DNA of 64,000 nt from Trichormus sp. ATA11-4-KO1 (lineage in GTDB: Bacteria; Cyanobacteriota; Cyanobacteriia; Cyanobacteriales; Nostocaceae), in assembly GCA_019358915.1 (NCBI GenBank), contig JAHHIM010000017.1, positions 1 through 64,000 of the forward strand. Direction: 5' to 3'. A program made the position numbers and the translations under genes. Each line of letters starts with the position of its first letter. The first letter of the stretch is position 1. The notes below the pieces were generated by a model. The model did not search any database. It saw only the letters and a list, made by a program, of their open reading frames with translations, and was not told where the DNA came from. This document shows positions 50,673 to 60,009 of this stretch, in pieces.

Positions 50673-51614
50673 CTAACGCCAATCATCTATGACATAAGCC
50701 TTGGGGTGATTAAAAGCAGGTTCATTTGGGTTATGCATTGCAACGCCTAGTCTTTCGATCCGGAAGCCAAAGGCCAGCATCTGTTGATAAGCTTGTTGAC
50801 GTGCGGTGTTGACTCCACCGATGAGACGTGATGCTCCCTGCAATACACTCAGCCTTTCGCACTCTTGGAGCAACTGCTCGAAATTTTGCTCTACTTTCAG
50901 ACCCAAACGGACTGCCGCAAACTTGATATAGCAATTGTCGCTTCCGGCTTCAGTGTCTTTCCCGTAATGACAAACAGCAAAACTTGTTAGACTTTTGTTA
51001 TCCCAGAGAAAGATTGTATCGCCTAGTCCTTGTTTTTCCACAGTACGAATTTCACGTTCTAAATCTAACCCATCGTAAAGAGTATCAGTCAGTTCTCGGC
51101 TGCATTTGAGACACTCCCTTTGTTTGTCTTCAGGTAATTCGGAATATCTTATTCCTTGTAATAACTGTTGGGCTGGTCTAACAGTTTTAGACATAATGGC
51201 TGTGAGAAATTGAGGATAAAATCCAAACTTTTGATACAAATTGAGATGCAAAGGGCTGTCAGAACGAGTGAAGAAACCTGCCTGCTTGATGTCCCAACGC
51301 TGGAAACATTCCATAGCTGGTTCAATTAATCGCTGGGCAATTCCTTTACCCCAAAAATCTGGATGTACTGTTAAAGGACCAAAAAGTCCAAAGCTTCCCC
51401 AATTAATCGCAAAATTTGAACCTACCAGTTGTCCATCAACTTCCGCCGCAAAGGCAGTAGTTGGGTCAGTATACCAGCGTTTCATGAATGTCATATTGCT
51501 GGTATAACTCGTTGCACTATGATTGGCATTGAAAGTGGCAAATGCAAGTTTAAAGACTTGGTCTGCGATCCCTAGTTCACTCTCTTTTAGTGGGCGAATA
51601 GAGATATGCATCAT
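50673..51614 (-). CDS. Two-domain GNAT N-acetyltransferase
   Basis: GPLTVHPDFWGKGIAQRL, LYQKFGF. Confidence 0.88.
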   Translation of the reverse strand: MMHISIRPLKESELGIADQVFKLAFATFNANHSATSYTSNMTFMKRWYTDPTTAFAAEVDGQLVGSNFAINWGSFGLFGPLTVHPDFWGKGIAQRLIEPAMECFQRWDIKQAGFFTRSDSPLHLNLYQKFGFYPQFLTAIMSKTVRPAQQLLQGIRYSELPEDKQRECLKCSRELTDTLYDGLDLEREIRTVEKQGLGDTIFLWDNKSLTSFAVCHYGKDTEAGSDNCYIKFAAVRLGLKVEQNFEQLLQECERLSVLQGASRLIGGVNTARQQAYQQMLAFGFRIERLGVAMHNPNEPAFNHPKAYVIDDWR

Positions 51615-51819
51615 ATTATTCCCAAAAAGTTGATCTGCTTAGATAAAATTGAAGTCGGCCTTATTTAGTCTTTTGACTAAATACCAAGTAAAATTGTTAA
51701 GTCTTGAATCCCTGTGGTAATTTGGGTGTTATTTTTACTCTGGTTCAAGCTTAAATTGCTAAAGCAGCAATTGCCTTTATTGACTGACTTAGATGACTTA
51801 GACAAAACTAAAAATTATA

Positions 51820-52197
51820 TCAGTAATGTGAAGAGACATAATTTTTCAGTTGGTGGGATTCATGACCTATTAAAGCTGGATAAAACACACATACGAGACG
51901 TAGCATAGTTTTGGCTCGGAGGTAATGTTTATCATGCTTATTAAGAGCATACATAGTACCGGGTTTAATGGGATAGATAACACCTTCTGCCTCCACTTCA
52001 CCCTCACCTTCAATGCAATAGCAAGTTTCAAAGTGATTTTTGTATTCCAATAAGGACTCTGTACCAGCTTCAACAATTGTGTCTGTGAGGGAATAGCCCA
52101 TGCCATCTTTTTCAATCAGGAATCGACGGCTTCTACCGTTACCCCATTCAACGTCTCTTTCTGTATCAACAATTTTGTTTAAGTCATTGAGAATCAT
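51820..52197 (-). CDS. ectC: Ectoine synthase-like cupin (no ectA/ectB nearby)
   Basis: SRRFL...DGMGYSLTDT, YKNHFETCYCIEGEG, PGTMYALNKHDKH, CVFYPALIGHESH. Confidence 0.9.
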   Translation of the reverse strand: MILNDLNKIVDTERDVEWGNGRSRRFLIEKDGMGYSLTDTIVEAGTESLLEYKNHFETCYCIEGEGEVEAEGVIYPIKPGTMYALNKHDKHYLRAKTMLRLVCVFYPALIGHESHQLKNYVSSHY

Positions 52198-52343
52198 TTG
52201 AAAGCCTCCTGAGAAAGTAGTTAAGTGGTAATTCGTTTGTCAGAGATGACATCTGCATCTGATTTTTAGAAAAAGTCAAGCTCTAGGGTTAACTGAAAAG
52301 CTTTGGTTGATGCACAGAATTCTTGAAAGTTGCTAACATCCTT

Positions 52344-53450
52344 TTAGGAAGGTATTTTCAGCCAATCGAATGGTTGCCGCAAAATCATGAAAGACATACC
52401 AGTAGCTCCCTCAAAGTTGTCTAAATTTAGACCTTTTTTGCTCCGTTCCACAGTTCCCTGTCCTTGGAGCAGGCGATGAATGCGATAACGAAAATAGTTA
52501 TTGAGTAGTTTTGGCGCAGACACATACTGTAAATAATCACGTAGATACAATTCAGCATCCAGTTGAGGTAGTAAGTACCAGGGACAGGTCATTAATACAT
52601 GGTGTGCGTTGTGGTAGTTGTTGTTGAGACATAGTATTAGACTGAGCCAAGGTGGCAAGACAAGAGAATAGGTATTGGCTTCCTCATAATCCAGACTGTA
52701 CTTCGGCACCTCTGCGTTGATGATGAAAGCAGAGTAAGTGTGTTGAAAGCCTTCTATGAATTGAATGATATGAAGGAAGCAGCTGTAAGCAATAAAGTAG
52801 AGAATAACTGAACGGGGGGAATATATTGCTAATACTGTAAACAAGACCCCTCGTAACATTAGAAGCACAGCATTTTGAACACGCTCGTCCCGTCGATTCT
52901 GACTGAGAAAGGGAGCTAGAGCAATCATCCAACGAAAGATGAGATTGACTGCGGGTATGCACAGCCACTCTAGGAAAATAATCAACCTGAGTATGGGTGT
53001 CGGTAAAGATTTTAGGAAATCGGTAATTGAAGCAGGAAAAAATGGGGAAAAATCAGCTCTATGTACATGGTGAGCGATATGATGTAAAGCCAAATCGCGG
53101 AAGCGGCTATAGCAAGAGCCAGTGAGAAAAAGCATAGCTTCACCAAATGCCGCGTTCAGACTTGGACGGGAGAAAATATTGTGGTGGAAAAGTTCGTGGA
53201 GAAAGAGAGCAGCCCATGTCAAAGTGTGTGTTAGTAAAGCGACTCCCAGCAGATTTAACCACCAAATATTTACTGTAATACAGAAGAGGGAGAATCCATA
53301 GCTAGCAAATATGTAAGCTATGGTTATGCCATTGATCCAGTAATTACGGTGGTGGATATAAAACTTCAAGTTAGGAGTTTTCTTGACCTCTATCTCGCTT
53401 GCGGATATCTTTGCGTTAGTTTCAGGTATCTGTACGTATGTTGTAGGCAT
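52344..53450 (-). CDS. Membrane fatty-acid desaturase family protein
   Basis: Three His boxes HELFHH, HIAHH, HNAHH plus TM helices. Confidence 0.9.
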   Translation of the reverse strand: MPTTYVQIPETNAKISASEIEVKKTPNLKFYIHHRNYWINGITIAYIFASYGFSLFCITVNIWWLNLLGVALLTHTLTWAALFLHELFHHNIFSRPSLNAAFGEAMLFLTGSCYSRFRDLALHHIAHHVHRADFSPFFPASITDFLKSLPTPILRLIIFLEWLCIPAVNLIFRWMIALAPFLSQNRRDERVQNAVLLMLRGVLFTVLAIYSPRSVILYFIAYSCFLHIIQFIEGFQHTYSAFIINAEVPKYSLDYEEANTYSLVLPPWLSLILCLNNNYHNAHHVLMTCPWYLLPQLDAELYLRDYLQYVSAPKLLNNYFRYRIHRLLQGQGTVERSKKGLNLDNFEGATGMSFMILRQPFDWLKIPS

Positions 53451-53484
53451 GTTTTTCTTTTTTTCAACGCATTCTGTTATGTTT

Positions 53485-53567
53485 TAAACTTTGGCTTTAC
53501 AATTTAGATGCTATGGAAAATTTGTATTAAAAGCTATTTAAATTTTGCTAAATTATCAAAATCTTGC
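53485..53567 (-). promoter_or_regulatory. Putative regulated promoter, copy 2 (upstream of desaturase operon)
   Basis: Same 26-bp site as 42102..42127 plus gap-free downstream similarity, with -10-like TAGCAT at the same offset. Confidence 0.7.
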
Positions 53568-53834
53568 TGGTTGTTCGTTGCGGACGAGTTGAGATTCAAA
53601 GCCGTGAGTCTATCTTTTTAGGCTGGAAACTCGCTCAGAGTGGACTTGTGTATACACCGTAGCCAGAACCCGTGAATTACAAGAACAAATGTTAGCCGCA
53701 GGATTACCTATTTAATTAGTTATTAATATTACTAATAATTTGACGACAATTCTTTTTGAGTCTAGTTGCAATTAATACTGGCTCAGAATGATTATTATTG
53801 CTGGCTCCTACAGTTACCCATTAAGAGTGCCCTT

Positions 53835-55232
53835 TCACAAACCCATCACTGTACGATAATGAAGCTCCAATTGTGCTACGGTTGGAGATTTGCGTTTTGT
53901 CTGCCACTGACTACGATTAAATAATTCTTGCCGTAAGTTATCAACATTAATTGTTGTCACTTGACCATCAGCAATAATTTGTTTGCCATTTACCCAAGCG
54001 CTATCAACAACATTTGTCGGACGACCTAAAACTAATAAACCAATGGGATCTGTACGAGGAAGTAATGATAAGTTGATGAGGTCATAAAGCACTAAATCGG
54101 CTTGTTTACCTACAGTGAGAGAACCGATTTTATCTGCCATATTCAGTCCTTTTGCACCGCCCAAGGATGCCATTTCTACTGCTTGCCTGGATGTGATCCA
54201 GTGTTGATAGTCTAAATCTGTAACGTTGTGCAAGATAGAACCAATTTTGATGGCTTCTAGCAAATCTTGAGAGTCGTTACTGGAAGCACCATCACAACCA
54301 AAAGTTACATTTACTCCGGCTTGACGATATTTTAAAATTGGGGCGATGCCACTGCCTAAACGCAGGTTACTTAACGGGTTGTGAACAACTGTAGATTCAG
54401 TTTGTGCCAGGATAGCAATATCAGCATCATTTAACCAGACGCAATGGGCTAGAGAAGTGCGATCGCTTAAATATCCGATGCGTTTAAGATGTTCAACAGC
54501 AGTACAACCGTATTTTTCTTGGGCGAGTTTTTCCTGTGCCTTAGTTTCCAGTAAGTGGGAGTGACGACAAAGATGATAGCGATCGCTTAATTCAATACAT
54601 CCCTCAAATAACGCATCAGTACACAACTGTATCCCTGTCGGTGCTACTAACATACTCACACCCTCATCCGGGCGATGAAATTGTCTCACCGCTTCTTCTA
54701 TAATTTCTAATGTGGCCGCAGTTGAACGAAAATAAGGTTCATGGGTTTGTGCTGATTCCCCAGAGGGAATACCTGCGGCGAGGGATTCATCTTGAATGAG
54801 GGGTGCAATAAAGGCACGAATTCCTACTTCTTGGTAAGCATGAACAGCAGTAGCAATAGTTTCTAATTCTTGCCCAGGAATTAACACCAGATGATCTACT
54901 ACACTCGTCCCACCAGATAGTAGGGTTTCTGTTGCTGTTCCCAAGGCGCTGAGATAAACTTGTTCGGGATCAAGAGGGGCAAAGTCGTATAATTCCGCTA
55001 GCCATAATTCTAAAGGAAAGATTGACATAATCCCCCGTTGCCACATTTCTGATGAGTGGGTGTGGGCATTAACGAAACCAGGTAGTAATAGCTTATTGCT
55101 ACCATTAAAGACAGTACCGCTCACATCTAGATCAGGTGCTATAGCGGCTATCTTACCCTCTACAACCTGCACATCTACAGTTGCATAATCGTCATCAGTG
55201 GCAATCAGAACATTCTTAATAGTAAAATTCAC
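53835..55232 (-). CDS. Metal-dependent amidohydrolase (AtzB/TrzA/SsnA-like)
   Basis: PGFVNAHTH, HSHLLET, AHCVW, HNPLSNLRLGSG, GCDG.SSND, GKQADLV. Confidence 0.92.
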   Translation of the reverse strand: MNFTIKNVLIATDDDYATVDVQVVEGKIAAIAPDLDVSGTVFNGSNKLLLPGFVNAHTHSSEMWQRGIMSIFPLELWLAELYDFAPLDPEQVYLSALGTATETLLSGGTSVVDHLVLIPGQELETIATAVHAYQEVGIRAFIAPLIQDESLAAGIPSGESAQTHEPYFRSTAATLEIIEEAVRQFHRPDEGVSMLVAPTGIQLCTDALFEGCIELSDRYHLCRHSHLLETKAQEKLAQEKYGCTAVEHLKRIGYLSDRTSLAHCVWLNDADIAILAQTESTVVHNPLSNLRLGSGIAPILKYRQAGVNVTFGCDGASSNDSQDLLEAIKIGSILHNVTDLDYQHWITSRQAVEMASLGGAKGLNMADKIGSLTVGKQADLVLYDLINLSLLPRTDPIGLLVLGRPTNVVDSAWVNGKQIIADGQVTTINVDNLRQELFNRSQWQTKRKSPTVAQLELHYRTVMGL

Positions 55233-55289
55233 GATTTACCTCTAGCACTACATTTCAACTATTCTATGAGTAGCATTTGAGTAGCAAAA

Positions 55290-56471
55290 TTAAAAATCAG
55301 GACATTCTGCATCAACTACGTTGGGGTGACAGTAGTACTTGAGTACCGTCTGAACCTCATCACCAATCCACAGTGCAACTTTTTCGGGAGTGACACCAGT
55401 CGCGATCGCCCATGTAGCGAAGGTGTGTCTTGTGGCATAAGGCTTGAGATAGTAGGGAATTTTCCTGGATTGTGCCAGTTGTCTAACAACACCTGGGTAA
55501 CGGCAGAGATGACCATTATTGACGACGGCTGATTGATTCCAGACATTATTTAGAATTGCTCCAGTCATCTCGTTTCCAAGTCTGCTTCTAAAAATCAACT
55601 CGCTGGCAACGGCGTTATCAGGTCTAACCGTCAATAGCAGGTTTTGGACTTTGGAGCCACGAGCAGCCGGAAATATTCGCCTTTTCCCGTTCTTCGTGCC
55701 TTTGAGTATGCCGTGCAAATTTCTGGACTTGGTAATTGATATCCGGCAGCAATCAGCACTAACATCTGCCCAGGTGAGAGCAAAGGCCTCTCCTGGTCGG
55801 CAGCCGGTGAAGAACAAGAATTTGACTAGATCGGTGTAATGACAATGGCGCTCATGAAATTCAAAAGCATTGATAATGATGTCTCTCTGTTCTAGGGTGA
55901 AAGCAAGGTAATCTTCACTATCGGTTGATTTTTGCCTCGGTTTTGGAATTTTCAGCTTATCAAACGGATTTTCAGTAATTAGTTGAGAATCCTTAGCCCA
56001 TTCACAACACTGACTAAATTTTGTTAGTAGATGCCATGCCATGTATTGAGTAGTGTTTTTTGTGAGCCAATCTCTGATACTTGATGCGCGATCTAATTCT
56101 TGTGTTGGGAATCGCTTTATGTATCTAGCAATGGCTGCATAACTGCCCTTGATGGTCGTTTTTTCAACCATAGTTGACTTAAACTCGGTGAATAGCTCCC
56201 ACAGTTCACCGAGGGACTTGGTATTAGGTATGTGAACTGTGGGGGCTAGACGTTGAGAACCAAATTTGTAGCGTTCGAGCGTATGGTCGAATTCCCCTAA
56301 CCCAATATCAGCTTCAATAACATCTCTCCGCGCTTGGACAATTACTCTATTTCTTTTGGTGTCCCTCAGTCCTGTAGATAGATAGAACTGACGAGAAAAT
56401 CCGCGAACTCGAAAGCGTAATGAAAGCTTTCGAGTTCGCGGGTCAACGTTTATCCATTTATCGTCATCCAT
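55290..56471 (-). CDS. Tyrosine recombinase/integrase with N-terminal arm-binding domain
   Basis: TGCRPGE, TKNGK, YATRHTFAT, catalytic-region KYY. Confidence 0.93.
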   Translation of the reverse strand: MDDDKWINVDPRTRKLSLRFRVRGFSRQFYLSTGLRDTKRNRVIVQARRDVIEADIGLGEFDHTLERYKFGSQRLAPTVHIPNTKSLGELWELFTEFKSTMVEKTTIKGSYAAIARYIKRFPTQELDRASSIRDWLTKNTTQYMAWHLLTKFSQCCEWAKDSQLITENPFDKLKIPKPRQKSTDSEDYLAFTLEQRDIIINAFEFHERHCHYTDLVKFLFFTGCRPGEAFALTWADVSADCCRISITKSRNLHGILKGTKNGKRRIFPAARGSKVQNLLLTVRPDNAVASELIFRSRLGNEMTGAILNNVWNQSAVVNNGHLCRYPGVVRQLAQSRKIPYYLKPYATRHTFATWAIATGVTPEKVALWIGDEVQTVLKYYCHPNVVDAECPDF

Positions 56472-56486
56472 TGATATCGCTAGTTA

Positions 56487-56906
56487 TTAATGCGGTATAT
56501 TTTTGTGTTTAAATTCTTCAGTTAGCCCATTAATGGAATATCGTTTTTTCTCGGTTGCATAGCCGTAAACAACCTCCTTAATTACATCTTGCCGTCTGTC
56601 CATGAGTGCCAAGCAATCATCGCAGACAACAGTAATAGCCCCGTCGCTGGGCAAGCCGCAAACAAGACAGCCCCAACCCGTACCTGGGACAGGTGCTTTC
56701 TTTTCTAGGGTGATGATGTTCCGTACAGTTTCCCCCGTGCAGCCGCAACTACAACACGTCCCCAGGTCAAGGGATTCTTCATCGTAGTCTGGATCGTCTT
56801 CATCTTCACTCCAAACGTAACCGCAATCATCGCACTCCCAAAATCCAAAATAATCGTCATATTGAGTGCGGGATGAATCGCATTTGGGGCATTGTTCACC
56901 ACTCAT
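56487..56906 (-). CDS. Cys-rich zinc-binding hypothetical protein
   Basis: CPKC, CDDC, CCSC, CLVC, CDDC. Confidence 0.75.
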   Translation of the reverse strand: MSGEQCPKCDSSRTQYDDYFGFWECDDCGYVWSEDEDDPDYDEESLDLGTCCSCGCTGETVRNIITLEKKAPVPGTGWGCLVCGLPSDGAITVVCDDCLALMDRRQDVIKEVVYGYATEKKRYSINGLTEEFKHKNIPH

Positions 56907-57441
56907 TCCTCAATCCCTCATCTAAAATCTGCTGCAACCGTTGCTTGCCCTCTTCCCAGCGACGGCCGCCCAATTTCAAAACCTGCTCAATTACATAAGT
57001 CTCACCCTTGACTTCCAGTAATGACTTCACAGCCAAATAAAACGCTTTTTTCTCGGAAGTGGAAGTGGAAGCTTCAACCGGATGATCCGCGCTCGGCTCC
57101 TGGACTAAGTGATTGAGGGAATCAATTAACTCCTGGTGAACTTCCGGCGGGTAAGTTTGGGTGGGTGCAGCGCCGTAGATTTCATAAAGTGCCTGTTCTT
57201 GGTTTTGTGCGCTCAGTGCAATTTCAACTTGTTCTAGTTCCAGGTTCATCACGGCTAGGGCAGCGCGGCGGGCATCTTGAATCATCAGCCGTTTTGAGTC
57301 CTGGACAAGTTGCACCGAGGACACCAACGCCAAACCGTAGGAAATGCCTCTGGCCACATTGGGAATAGGGGAAAGTGCGGCTAACCATAAGGCTGCTGCA
57401 CTGGCAAGAAGACAATTGCACTTTAACCAGCGATCAGCCAT
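56896..57441 (-). CDS. Hypothetical membrane protein
   Basis: Two N-terminal hydrophobic segments; overlaps both neighbours. Confidence 0.7.
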   Translation of the reverse strand: MADRWLKCNCLLASAAALWLAALSPIPNVARGISYGLALVSSVQLVQDSKRLMIQDARRAALAVMNLELEQVEIALSAQNQEQALYEIYGAAPTQTYPPEVHQELIDSLNHLVQEPSADHPVEASTSTSEKKAFYLAVKSLLEVKGETYVIEQVLKLGGRRWEEGKQRLQQILDEGLRNEW

Positions 57442-57695
57442 GTCAGGACTCCTCCCAAGAAAATGGCGGCGGCGATCGCGATCAGCATCGCGTAATAATC
57501 CGGCTCAGTTAATTTGATAAACGGTCTAATCGCGTCGTCGGTCACCAATGCCAAGACCAGCGCCGCAGATGCAACGATGTAAACAACCCACATCACCCGA
57601 AATAAAGCCGGATGTAACGCCCCTAGCCACGATACACAGCTAGAGGCGATACACCCAGTTAGGAACCATGCCCCCAGGTGTACCGCCTTTGCCAT
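57423..57695 (-). CDS. Small 3-TM hypothetical protein
   Basis: 90 aa, three hydrophobic helices, abuts upstream stop. Confidence 0.7.
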   Translation of the reverse strand: MAKAVHLGAWFLTGCIASSCVSWLGALHPALFRVMWVVYIVASAALVLALVTDDAIRPFIKLTEPDYYAMLIAIAAAIFLGGVLTWLIAG

Positions 57696-58211
57696 TTAGT
57701 ATTGCTCCTTGACTTTGGCTTTTAGTTCATCAATGCGTTTTTGGGCGTTGTTTTCGGCGCGGTCTAACCCGGCTCCCAACTTGGCATACTCAGGGCGCAG
57801 CGCGTGTAGATGTCTGGCTGTGGCTGCATCGGTACGTTTCTTCACTAGTTCGCTGTCAGCTACGCCGCGAATATAGCTGCGATGAGCGGAGTGTACCTGA
57901 GCATCGGCATTTTCAATCTTCTTGAGGGATTTGTAAGCTCGTTTTGATTGAATGGCTCCTTGTGCGGTTTGGGTGGCGAGTGCCTTGAGTGCGTCGGCTT
58001 CTTGCTTGTTAAAATATCGCGGATTATGACTGACGGGTGCTGTCCTCACGGTTTCCCAACTTCCCGCGTTCATGGGATTGATTACAGTTTGGTCAGTTGG
58101 GGATAACACCCGATTTTTATCTATGGCATGGCCTCCGGTGGCGAGTGATGATTGATTGGTGCTGCTGTTACCGGATTTACCCCGGCTGGTAATACGTGCT
58201 AAGACTCCCAT
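57696..58211 (-). CDS. Hypothetical helical protein
   Basis: 171 aa, GGAG RBS, operon position. Confidence 0.75.
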   Translation of the reverse strand: MGVLARITSRGKSGNSSTNQSSLATGGHAIDKNRVLSPTDQTVINPMNAGSWETVRTAPVSHNPRYFNKQEADALKALATQTAQGAIQSKRAYKSLKKIENADAQVHSAHRSYIRGVADSELVKKRTDAATARHLHALRPEYAKLGAGLDRAENNAQKRIDELKAKVKEQY

Positions 58212-58223
58212 TAGTTTTTACTC

Positions 58224-58472
58224 CTACCTACAAACTTGGGTTTTAACTTTTTGCAGCTGCTGCACGTCAGCTTGCATCTGTCGCAGTTCAATTTGGTCAG
58301 CGCTTTGGTAGGTTGCCATTGCACCAATACTCAAGCCGGCGACTAGGGACGCGGCGACCATGACTAAGTAAGCAGCCGTGTTATTCGCGGCTGGGGTGGG
58401 TTGTATTTCGGTGGGGTAAAATTCACCAGTGAATGGTACAACCTTACTGGTTTGCTGTTTAGTCTTGTTCAT
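58224..58472 (-). CDS. Small single-TM hypothetical protein
   Basis: MNKTKQQ start overlapping upstream stop; TM then short coiled coil. Confidence 0.65.
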   Translation of the reverse strand: MNKTKQQTSKVVPFTGEFYPTEIQPTPAANNTAAYLVMVAASLVAGLSIGAMATYQSADQIELRQMQADVQQLQKVKTQVCR

Positions 58473-58914
58473 CGGCTCCATCCAGTAGCATCGGCTGATA
58501 TGTGGGCAACAGTAGATGAGATGTGCCAGCGTTGATGGCAGCACGAACGGAGATTGTAACTATCTCTCGGTCTTCCGGTGTGGGATTGTCCCGCATTTGT
58601 TTAATGCGCTGCAATACCCGTCCGGGTAACTGTCGCCAGTATTCACGGGCTAATTGCTGTGAGTCGTGGTCAAGCAAGGCTTCTAGTAGGTCATCCGTGT
58701 CAGGATTTGCATCGTCGTCTGTTGCATTTTCTGATGCACGACTCCGCAGCAGTTCTAGTCCTGCCTCAGTCCACATCTTGCGGCCTGAATCTTCAACCAC
58801 GACGTGAACATCTACTAGGAACACCCCAGGGTGGCGGCGTAACCAACTGCGGATTGTGCTTTCGGGGATGTTTGTCTCCCTGGATGCTTCAGGTGTTGTG
58901 TACAGTTGGCTCAT
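58459..58914 (-). CDS. MerR/excisionase-like HTH protein
   Basis: YTTPEASRETNIPESTIRSWLRR. Confidence 0.7.
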   Translation of the reverse strand: MSQLYTTPEASRETNIPESTIRSWLRRHPGVFLVDVHVVVEDSGRKMWTEAGLELLRSRASENATDDDANPDTDDLLEALLDHDSQQLAREYWRQLPGRVLQRIKQMRDNPTPEDREIVTISVRAAINAGTSHLLLPTYQPMLLDGADEQD

Positions 58915-59191
58915 GTTGCCCCCAACGGATTTGTGCAATGAGCGCTTCAAGTAGTCCTTCTTGTTCTGATAAGGGGAGTTTTTCTTGTATCTTGGCTCCT
59001 ATTTCGTAAATTTCGTTGCGGGTTTCGCCTGGGGCATCGCCGCACATTTGAGCAGACAGGGAGGAGATGAGGAATAATTTCTCTCTCTTGGTCATCCGCT
59101 CGAATGTTGCGCCGTATGTTTCTTGTAGGTAATCCAGAAATGTACCGTCACCTGGGGTGTAATTGGTGTAATAGCCTATTGGCTTGGACAT
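58889..59191 (-). CDS. Hypothetical protein (100 aa)
   Basis: MSKPIGYYTN start preceded by AAGGAG; longer track start (59455) doubtful. Confidence 0.7.
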   Translation of the reverse strand: MSKPIGYYTNYTPGDGTFLDYLQETYGATFERMTKREKLFLISSLSAQMCGDAPGETRNEIYEIGAKIQEKLPLSEQEGLLEALIAQIRWGQHEPTVHNT

Positions 59192-59529
59192 TGGTAAAAT
59201 CTCCTTAATTACAATTACTGAATTTGTTAACGGCGATCGCACTGGGGAAACAGTCGATCGCTTTTTTACTTGCAACTCCTCAGCAGGTCTTTGATATTCG
59301 CTCAGTGCTTGCAGGCTGCTATCTCTACATGGTTTGGGAGTTGAGGAAAGTGCCAGTAGGAGCGCTACTGGCAGGCGTTGCAAACTGAAGAAAGAATAGC
59401 TTTTTGGTTTGTTTTCCTCCATGAGCGCATCAGGTACAGGGGTTGCATCGCCCACGCTGGCAGGTCTTTACTGTTGCATGTCGCAGTAGGCTGCCATCTC
59501 TACTTAATTTGCGCGTTCATCTGTTACTC

Positions 59530-59618
59530 TTGTGTAAGACTAAAAAACATACTAGCATCTTGTGTAAGAAAAGCAATAAGATGTTGTGTAAGAAGTGATG
59601 TTAAAATTTTGTGTAAGA
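59530..59618. promoter_or_regulatory. Four TTGTGTAAGA direct repeats in a divergent promoter region
   Basis: Exact copies at 59530, 59560, 59584 and 59609. Confidence 0.75.
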
Positions 59619-59637
59619 ATCATGAAACCCTTACCAA

Positions 59638-59841
59638 ATGGCAAAGAAGAAACACGGACGTTACGAGGAACCCAAGGTCAGGGTCAATATTTCTCTGACC
59701 CAAACATCCATCGAGAGCCTGGATCGCAAGGCATCTCAGATGGGATTGAGCAGATCGGAATTAATCGAAACCATAGCTCGCAAGGATCAGAATTTATCAG
59801 TCGCAGAGAAAGAGTTACTGGGGGAATGCTGCGCCAGCTGA
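59638..59841 (+). CDS. CopG-like ribbon-helix-helix regulator
   Basis: RVNISLT..SIESLD..A..MGLSRSELIE. Confidence 0.85.
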   Translation: MAKKKHGRYEEPKVRVNISLTQTSIESLDRKASQMGLSRSELIETIARKDQNLSVAEKELLGECCAS

Positions 59842-59945
59842 TTAGCGAGTATCGGAATCAGGTGGCCATTAAAAAACAGGAAATACAAAGTCTTGAGTCT
59901 AGAGTTGAAGAATTAGAGTTACTACAGAAAGACTTAGAAGAATAA
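59820..59945 (+). CDS. Short coiled-coil ORF in the -1 frame of the RHH gene
   Basis: GGMLRQLISEYRNQVAIKKQEIQSLESRVEELELLQKDLEE*; ATG at 59826; ends at terminator. Confidence 0.6.
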   Translation, partial: GGMLRQLISEYRNQVAIKKQEIQSLESRVEELELLQKDLEE

Positions 59946-59980
59946 AAGCGTCCTGCCTGTAAGGTGGGACGCTTTTATTT
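59941..59980. terminator. Bidirectional intrinsic terminator
   Basis: AATAAAAGCGTCC...GGACGCTTTTATT between convergent genes. Confidence 0.75.
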
Positions 59981-60009
59981 ATGGATGGGTTACTAGTTTA
60001 CGCCTGGGT

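Noticed and set aside
51820..52197. ectC as evidence of ectoine osmolyte synthesis
   Set aside because: No ectB aminotransferase or EctA-type gene; the neighbouring GNATs are two-domain proteins unlike EctA
59595..59819. N-terminal part of the 116-aa ORF 59595..59945
   Set aside because: Overlaps the clearly recognisable RHH gene in another frame; only the 3' coiled-coil part is credible
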